Source: Octopus sinensis (taxonomy: Eukaryota). From it: 64,000 nt of DNA. Below the pieces are notes generated by a model. It searched no databases and was not told the DNA's origin. It saw only the letters and a program-made list of their open reading frames with translations. Positions within the stretch are counted from its first letter, which is position 1, and each line of letters starts with the position of its first letter. A program made the translations under genes and the position numbers. This document shows, piece after piece, positions 60,081 to 64,000 of this stretch. The stretch is from positions 77,252,001-77,316,000 of the forward strand of contig NC_042997.1 of the NCBI RefSeq assembly GCF_006345805.1. Direction: 5' to 3'.

Positions 60081-62342
60081 CATATATATCAGAAACAAAC
60101 TCTAATTTTAGGACTTACAACTAAAAGTTGCCATTCTTGAGCTTCTGTCAGTGTGTGTTGTTACCCAGCCTGGTCTTATAGAACTGTTCCTTAACTTGAA
60201 ACTTGAAAAACCTGACAACCAAGGAAAGAAGGTAAGTTTACTTTTGGTTTTTTTTTTTAGATGAAGCAGTAAGTCTTAGGGGTTGTGTAAAAGAGTAATA
60301 AGCACTACCTTTGCTCTTCTTACAAAGACAAAAAAAATATAAAAGAATCTTTCTGTATTTCTCTGATAATAGGGAGGAACAGGCTTATTATATTATAGGA
60401 ATTTATTCCATTTTATGGAGATATTGAATTAGAGATGTGGGTCAGTGAATAGATTGAAGTACTGTAGTATGTCAGTGTTGAGATAGATATACTAGAAATA
60501 TGAGTCACTGATGGAAGCAGAGTGATGTAGTTGTGTAAAGATATTATTGTGTCAGTGTATAAGTAAAACCTGAGAAATTAGACATATTTAAAGAATTATT
60601 CATAGAGTAAATAATAAAAATGGTTGATGTTGATATTTTTTTTATTTTCAAATCATTTCAGGAGTTGACATTGGGAAATTCTAGTTGCTTAAATTCTGTG
60701 ATGAACTTGATTGTTGTAGAGAAACAGGTATTGTATTTCTGGATATTGGACTATTACTTTTGTTGGAAATTAGTTTTGAAATGTGTTAAAACATCCTTCA
60801 ACTATTTCAGTGTACCATAACATATCAAAATACTTAACAATGTGATATAGTACTACTGTTTGGTAGAGGTGGATCTAATAGTTTTATGTGTCAAATGACT
60901 GTCAATTGAGTTACATACTTACTGTTCTATATTTCCACATTTACTAACTTTATTCCATTCCTAGGAGTCAAGTCATTCTAGCTGGCATTACATGAAATTA
61001 GGAATATTTTCCAGTCTACTGTTATTATTTTTAGTTGATTTGTAGAAGTGTTAGCACAGCAGTCATCCTCATACCAAAGCCAACTTTACCTTTCATCCTT
61101 CTTCAAAGATTTCTGCTTAATTATAAAACTTTGTGTACAACAATTCATACATATTTTATAGAAAGGAGATTTCTATATATCAGTTATACAGATTTATTTT
61201 ACATTAATCCATAAACTGTTAAATAAAGATAAAGAAATACCTATAATATTTTTCTGTAGAAAATATGACCTCTAATCAAGACTATCTCTTAAAGATCCCC
61301 ATTAATGAAGAGAGTATCAATGTGGCTAAGAATATTGCTATTACATGTGGTGTTGGTTATATACAGAGTATCTCAAAGACAAATGATGTTATTGTCACTT
61401 AAGAGTGTATATATGACTAAGTGTTGGGCTATTGATCTACTTTAAAGAAATATGAGAATATAAAACTAGAAACTTTTATCTTCTTGAAACCACATTGATA
61501 TAAACCTAAGTATACCAATTAGATTGCTGTTTACTTATTAAAGATTTTTCAGTGAAAATTCTCAGACTGATTTGGTTTGGGATTTCTGCTGTCATTATGT
61601 AAATTATTAAAAGCAATCTCTATTTGTTCATTGACTGTATTTTATATTTTATATTCTTTACTATTTTCATATTTTTTTGGTTAGTAGTTGATTTCTGACA
61701 CTAAATTATGTATCCCAACAATGCTACTTTTGTTTATTATAATTTTATAAATAATCCGTCCAACCCATGCCAGTATAGAAAGTGGACGTTAAACGATGAT
61801 GATGATGATAATGAATGCATTATTGACAGGGGAATTTTTTCTTCTTTCTTATATGTTATCACAGCATATAAAACATTCTTACTCAATCTTTTCTTTTTAT
61901 TTTGTTTTATCTATACTTTTCATTATCCTCTTATACTCAGTGAGTGTAGGGACTTTTACAAATTTATACATTTACATCATGTTACAAGCGTTTTTAGGGT
62001 GGGTGTTCATCTTAAAACTAAATGGGAAGTCAGGTTATCAACTAGATTGTATTTTGGCAAAAATCAGAGTACAAACAGTTGTTTTGAACTCCAGCCTATG
62101 TAATATCAATAGTACAGAATCCTAACCTTACCAGTTACAGTGTCTCTCTATTACAATGTCATAATATTTATTGTGAAAATTATCCTTTTGTATACATTTG
62201 ATTTATGATTATCTTTTGTTGGGAATGTTTTATAACAGAAAACTTACCAATGCCCTCCAAACCTTCTTTGTGCCTGTATTGAATTTCTACATGCCCTTTG
62301 GGCTGGTATGAGAGAAACAGCAATGAGTGTTCTCAGAACCAA
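18771..62342 (+). CDS. NUP188: Nucleoporin NUP188, internal partial gene (15 exons; both ends outside the window)
   Basis: join(18771-18900,22277-22327,25441-25545,27295-27427,43784-43871,44762-44838,56484-56598,57442-57562,58036-58111,58298-58417,58556-58799,59632-59721,60112-60231,60662-60727,62239-62342). All introns GT-AG, phases match, no stops. Peptides align colinearly with human NUP188 as I recall it (e.g. LLYTEAGQ~LAYTEAGQ, TQPGLIELFLNL, FLHALW). Confidence 0.95.
19949..20100. repeat. Near-perfect hairpin, 71-bp stem, 10-nt loop
   Basis: 19949-20019 pairs with 20030-20100; the single mismatch is G-U in the + transcript; loop ggcctttgaa. Confidence 0.96.
20138..20762. repeat. 147-bp direct duplication (20138-20284 and 20616-20762) in a CpG-rich unclassified element
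   Basis: atggcggcc.attttcgcggggttcc...catttcttgatt occurs twice with few substitutions. Confidence 0.92.
21165..21485 (+). mobile_element. Young RTE 3' tail retroposon
   Basis: Tandem gtggcacataaaaagcacc units, gagtggttggcgttaggaagggcatccagc, (GAT)n tail, CpGs retained. Confidence 0.88.
22277..22327 (+). CDS. NUP188: NUP188 exon (51 nt, phase 1 to 1)
   Basis: ttctacag|AAGAG...TCAG|gtaatt; (E)EFVIPAGTYGHYHMES. Confidence 0.88.
24440..24935 (+). mobile_element. RTE LINE 3' end
   Basis: RKTWDKVVRKDLHML..TEEMTS followed by the RTE tail. Confidence 0.7.
25441..25545 (+). CDS. NUP188: NUP188 exon (105 nt, phase 1 to 1)
   Basis: attttcag|CCTCT...TCCAA|gtatgt; (A)SKGPAVVQWTFTYNCWTLLKCELQELLLQVSRSP. 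Confidence 0.92.
27295..27427 (+). CDS. NUP188: NUP188 exon (133 nt, phase 1 to 2)
   Basis: tttttcag|ATTTG...CACAG|gtaaga; (N)LIDNEQIDHACQIVNLIKSIITNVPDSVNQFEEITDLCYQIIH. Confidence 0.9.
29500..30738 (+). mobile_element. 5'-truncated RTE LINE with 3' UTR
   Basis: ELEKKFQVWRQGLESKGLRVDL..CRKG..RNSIRCTQCKLWIHKRCS; ORF end runs directly into the tandem-unit tail and (GAT)n, which shows the tail repeats are RTE 3' UTRs. Confidence 0.9.
32100..32497 (+). mobile_element. Non-autonomous Helentron-type element (HINE/DINE-1-like)
   Basis: Subterminal inverted repeats cctctgccaagg (32104-32115) and gcttggtggaga (32460-32471), then stem-loop gcgct-ctctg-agtgc and ttttctag. Confidence 0.8.
32500..33200 (+). 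mobile_element. Internally deleted RTE LINE (EN and RT pieces)
   Basis: NQHVGQH..HGGY..NEE.SRFVEFC; TTDAFLLVKQL; GVD*GS; ILYTDDVLI. Confidence 0.7.
35545..35950 (-). mobile_element. RTE 3' tail retroposon (same subfamily as 52540-52983)
   Basis: (CAT)n followed by the reverse complement of the tail. Confidence 0.9.
35960..36397 (+). mobile_element. (AAT)n-tailed retroposon fragment, unclassified
   Basis: Ends ..gatggcatgcattgctctctcactc(AAT)n. Confidence 0.55.
36446..36489 (-). ncRNA. Minimal type I hammerhead ribozyme motif, U3-A8 core variant
   Basis: TTGAAC-TTGACAA-A-GACA(ttgcttcc)TGTC-GAAATAT-T-ATTCAA. Confidence 0.65.
37945..37984 (+). ncRNA. Degenerate hammerhead motif, U3-A8 variant (inverted pLTR copy)
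   Basis: TTGAAC-TTGACAA-A-GACAG(gcaag)CTGTT-GAAATAT-T-CAA; stem I 3' strand shortened. Confidence 0.55.
38640..38930 (-). mobile_element. LINE endonuclease N-terminal fragment (Tx1/L1-like)
   Basis: KQGHLLNDLRLLDIDMAAIS.T..SRAQLMVLIFDDY..FSS resembles the APE N-terminus. Confidence 0.55.
38945..39360 (-). mobile_element. Two tandem copies of SINE family B
   Basis: Two copies of ttttattgaccctgaaaggatga.ggcaaagtcaa..gg.atttgaac, abutting AAT runs. Confidence 0.75.
42241..43181. mobile_element. Foldback-type DNA element, ~170-bp TIRs, internal ~155-bp subrepeats, 6-bp TSD
   Basis: AAAACT|GGTTAATGTTTACATCTTGACC ... GGTCAAGATGTAAACATTAACC|AAAACT; gagaggac units at 42362, 42521, 42671. Confidence 0.85.
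43784..43871 (+). CDS. NUP188: NUP188 exon (88 nt, phase 2 to 0)
   Basis: tttgctag|ATTTT...CAAAAG|gtatat; (R)FSGLTAPPLDLLGACVQTLTQVAKKHPQK. Confidence 0.92.
43991..44207. mobile_element. piggyBac-type MITE
   Basis: TTAA|CCTTTTCGTTAC ... GTAATGAAAGGG|TTAA; 10/12 TIR match; TTAA on both sides. Confidence 0.8.
44762..44838 (+). CDS. NUP188: NUP188 exon (77 nt, phase 0 to 2)
   Basis: atttgaag|GTTTGG...TTCAA|gtaagt; VWLNMKQTGLLPYFSEYLGKRDDIF. Confidence 0.92.
46530..46913 (-). mobile_element. Non-autonomous Helitron
   Basis: Minus strand A|TCTCTCTCTATATAAACGGCAG ... CCTGAGCAACGCTGGGCGATACTGCTAG|T. Confidence 0.9.
49320..50045 (+). mobile_element. R4/Dong-clade LINE 3' end (REL endonuclease) with (AAT)n tail
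   Basis: SGCPALAEKEYLIRHD; ILWNFPIQTDR..NRPDIVIVD..CLLIDMSVPQD.N..KE..K; IVIGELG; (AAT)n at ~50000. Confidence 0.88.
50060..50274 (-). mobile_element. SINE family B with 17-bp TSD
   Basis: ATAAAGACTAAAATAAT at 50043-50059 and 50275-50291. Confidence 0.88.
50292..50445 (+). mobile_element. Second R4/Dong 3' end fragment
   Basis: IIPVVIGVLGMITKGADCYL..IVLMRITHILRKILSM*. Confidence 0.75.
50821..51003. repeat. Tandem duplication, 90/93-bp units
   Basis: cccttaatttattgacaccaaaag(taa)n..gaagtgaaatcaacaaaggtga twice. Confidence 0.92.
51191..51223 (-). ncRNA. Partial hammerhead motif (core and stem II intact, GAAA deleted)
   Basis: AACAC-CTGATGA-A-GGCTG(gaatgtatat)CAGCC followed by a deletion. 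Confidence 0.6.
51286..51345 (-). promoter_or_regulatory. tRNA-like Pol III internal promoter inside the Penelope pLTR
   Basis: GGGCATA-TGGTGTAGTGG(A box)-TTAAGTGTGCAGTCTACTAACCCTAAGATTCCAA-GTTCGATT(B-box like); 3' acceptor arm absent. Confidence 0.7.
51770..51929 (+). repeat. 32-bp minisatellite, 5 copies
   Basis: GATATAAGTAGCATATGGGAACCGGTATTAAG x5 (starts 51770, 51802, 51834, 51866, 51898); 2 substitutions in total. Confidence 0.97.
52038..52080 (+). ncRNA. Degenerate minimal type I hammerhead motif
   Basis: GACAC-CTGATGA-A-GGCTG(gagggtatat)CTACT-GAAACGT-GTT; stem II broken, G at the cleavage position. Confidence 0.6.
52540..52983 (+). mobile_element. RTE 3' tail retroposon
   Basis: Tandem units, gagtggttggcgttaggaagggcatccagc, (GAT)n tail. 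Confidence 0.9.
53391..53474. repeat. (TA)n microsatellite
   Basis: Long TA run with two G interruptions. Confidence 0.97.
56484..56598 (+). CDS. NUP188: NUP188 exon (115 nt, phase 2 to 0)
   Basis: atttacag|TGCTC...TAATG|gtaaat; (N)AQGLRPGMYGTLLAGFECSQGRYPLSLAFLDFISSTLM. Confidence 0.93.
57442..57562 (+). CDS. NUP188: NUP188 exon (121 nt, phase 0 to 1)
   Basis: ttttccag|GAACTG...TATAG|gtaatt; ELSQLPVDNEMSATVLFILTEVFPSFYKWRYYNATRREAI. Confidence 0.94.
58036..58111 (+). CDS. NUP188: NUP188 exon (76 nt, phase 1 to 2)
   Basis: tatcttag|GTCAC...AAATT|gtaaga; (G)HKCLEIFHNILDVMAKPKIDQAKK. Confidence 0.92.
58298..58417 (+). CDS. NUP188: NUP188 exon (120 nt, phase 2 to 2)
   Basis: gttttcag|ACCCA...AAATG|gtaagc; (L)PSLQEMCVHNLLYTEAGQSLLKVISIGLDAFNDSSCEQK. 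Confidence 0.95.
58556..58799 (+). CDS. NUP188: NUP188 exon (244 nt, phase 2 to 0)
   Basis: attttcag|GTCTA...CTGTG|gtcagt; (W)STESKGNDLIDLIQMSFSVLNRLLLLKPPDLPLSPVERALS...AQYIFHQHSPKLPTMAILLLKRLAV. Confidence 0.95.
59632..59721 (+). CDS. NUP188: NUP188 exon (90 nt, phase 0 to 0)
   Basis: cataacag|GTCTC...CTGAG|gttggt; VSPMSILAILGNDAEPIRNKMLSRLAALTE. Confidence 0.95.
60112..60231 (+). CDS. NUP188: NUP188 exon (120 nt, phase 0 to 0)
   Basis: aattttag|GACTT...AGAAG|gtaagt; DLQLKVAILELLSVCVVTQPGLIELFLNLKLEKPDNQGKK. Confidence 0.96.
60662..60727 (+). CDS. NUP188: NUP188 exon (66 nt, phase 0 to 0)
   Basis: catttcag|GAGTT...AACAG|gtattg; ELTLGNSSCLNSVMNLIVVEKQ. Confidence 0.92.
62239..62342 (+). 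CDS. NUP188: NUP188 exon (104 nt, phase 0 to 2)
   Basis: tataacag|AAAAC...ACCAA|gtaagt; KTYQCPPNLLCACIEFLHALWAGMRETAMSVLRT. Confidence 0.95.
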
Positions 62343-62499
62343 GTAAGTTACATATTATTTATTATTACAGTTCAAAGATGTATCTAGAATGCTTTTGCAT
62401 AAAAACAAAGGGAGGAGTACATGAAAATCACAAGGGTATACATTTGTTGTGCTTAGCTGAAAAAATGCTTGTGTAGGTGATTCTTAACCACATCAATAA

Positions 62500-63790
62500 A
62501 TATCTAGTAAACAGCTTTTATCCTAAATCCCAATGTGGAATTTGGACTTGGGAGAGGCACAATTTACATGATTTTTACCTTTAAACAAGTTTAAGGAGAA
62601 ACATGTGAGAAAAATACTGACTTGTACATGGTATTTGTTGACTTAGCCAAAGCCTTTGATATAGTGAATTGTGAGCAGCTTTGGGAAATTTTGCCAAAAC
62701 TTAGTCTTCCTGATAAGATGATAAGGGTAACAGTATCTTTGCATAAAGGAATGATGGTAGCAGTGATATCTAATGGTCAATGTTCAGAGGCATTTTCTGT
62801 TTTCACTGGAACTAAATAGGGTTGTATTTTAGCTCCTGTACTTTTTGCCATATTTTTTCAATGATGCTCCAAAATGCTTTTAAGGATTACCACAAAGGTG
62901 TAAAATTTCAGTTTCACACAGACTGAGGTCAACAAAACTTAAATGGGTAAAGCTTCAGATCAAAGTAAGAAAAAGACCAAAGAAGGGATTCTATGTGGTT
63001 TACTGTTTGCTGATGACTGCGCTTTGATTTTTCATACATTTCAGGAAATTCAGGAAATAGTTGCCAGGTTTACTGCACCAGCTCATGTATTTGGGCTAAC
63101 TATCAGCATTAAGAAGACTGAAGTTTTATTCCAAACAAAGTCTGGGACAGAACATACTCAAGATTCAAACATGAGGATTGACAATAAGCCACTCAAATGG
63201 GTCGGGTCACTTAAATATCTTGGTTGGAAGTATAATAAACTTTAAGAATACTCTTGATGCTGAAATCAATGTTAGAATATATAAGGCTACAGGTGCTTTT
63301 GGAAAACTTTCCTATCGTTTGTTGGTTGAAAATGGTGTCAGATTGAAACTAAAATAAATATATACAAACCTTGTATTTTGAGCACATTTTTGTATAGAGC
63401 AGAAGCATGGACCTCCCTACTACAGACATATAAAGAAACTTGAAACCCTCCACATGTGTTGTCTGTGCAATGTCTGCAACATAAAATGGCAAGACAAGAA
63501 CATCAAATATCAAAACTTTAGAAAAATGTGATATTTCACTATTGAAAGCATGCTGTTGATAATTCAGTGCAGATGGGGAGGACATGTTGTTCGAATGGAA
63601 GATGACTGCATTCTAAAAATTCTTTTGTATAGCCAACAAGTGGAGAGATTCTGCAGTAAAGGAAGACCCATCTTTAGGTATAAAGATAAGTTGAAATGAT
63701 CATTAAAATCCCTACAGCTTGATGAAACATTTTGGGAAAGCTATTGCTTAGATCAGTCTAAGTGGTGTAAAATGTGTTATGATGCATCTA
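62500..63790 (+). mobile_element. RTE LINE RT region of a second lineage (BovB/AviRTE-like)
   Basis: LYMVFVDLAKAFD; TGTK*GCILAP.LF; LLFADDCAL; FGLTISIKKTEV; LKYLG; WGGHVVRMED; stops and frameshifts. Confidence 0.85.
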
Positions 63791-64000
63791 AACAATTTGA
63801 GTTGAAGAAATAGAACAATAAAAGAATTATATCCTACTATCAACAGGCCCTTTGTCCAATCCTAAGCAAAATCAAAATCACCAGTGTCCCCATTATGACT
63901 TCATAGCAAAATCCATACCGGGACTCAAATTACATTCACAAAGATGTCCTATGTTATAAAGGTGAATAGGGACAGAAGATCTGAAGGAGAAATAGATGAT

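Noticed and set aside
61261-61402. 46-codon open frame after a strong acceptor
   Set aside because: Wrong phase, no donor, no NUP188 similarity; the true next exon is 62239-62342.
188-63585. Most ORFs in the supplied track (YIYI, CVCV, IIII-rich and repeat-derived)
   Set aside because: They are translations of microsatellites, SINEs and RTE tails with no protein-family signal.

Overview
AT-rich, repeat-dense eukaryotic DNA, most likely an octopus (inferred from repeat families I recognise as octopus-type: microsatellite-cored tRNA SINEs and RTE 3' tails ending in (GAT)n). The only host gene I can support is an internal part of nucleoporin NUP188 on the + strand. I traced 15 GT-AG exons between 18771 and 62342 (1640 nt, 546 codons plus 2 nt), with matching phase at every junction and no stop codon. 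Both gene ends lie outside the window, and I found no exon in 1-18770. Nearly all ORFs in the supplied track are spurious or transposon fragments. The introns carry RTE, CR1-like, Tx1-like and R4/Dong LINE fragments, hAT and piggyBac fossils, two Helitrons, a Helentron-type element, MITE/foldback elements and many SINEs. The most notable items are: (1) two Penelope-like insertions with inverted pseudo-LTRs carrying hammerhead ribozyme motifs, one with the rare U3-A8 core and one with a tRNA-like Pol III promoter upstream of the ribozyme and a 12-bp TSD; (2) a cluster of sequence-unrelated hairpins around the exon at 18771, one split by a Helitron; (3) a foldback element with a 6-bp TSD; (4) a 165-nt exon pair bracketed by ~90% identical inverted repeats, a circRNA candidate. 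All alignments and identities were done by eye.
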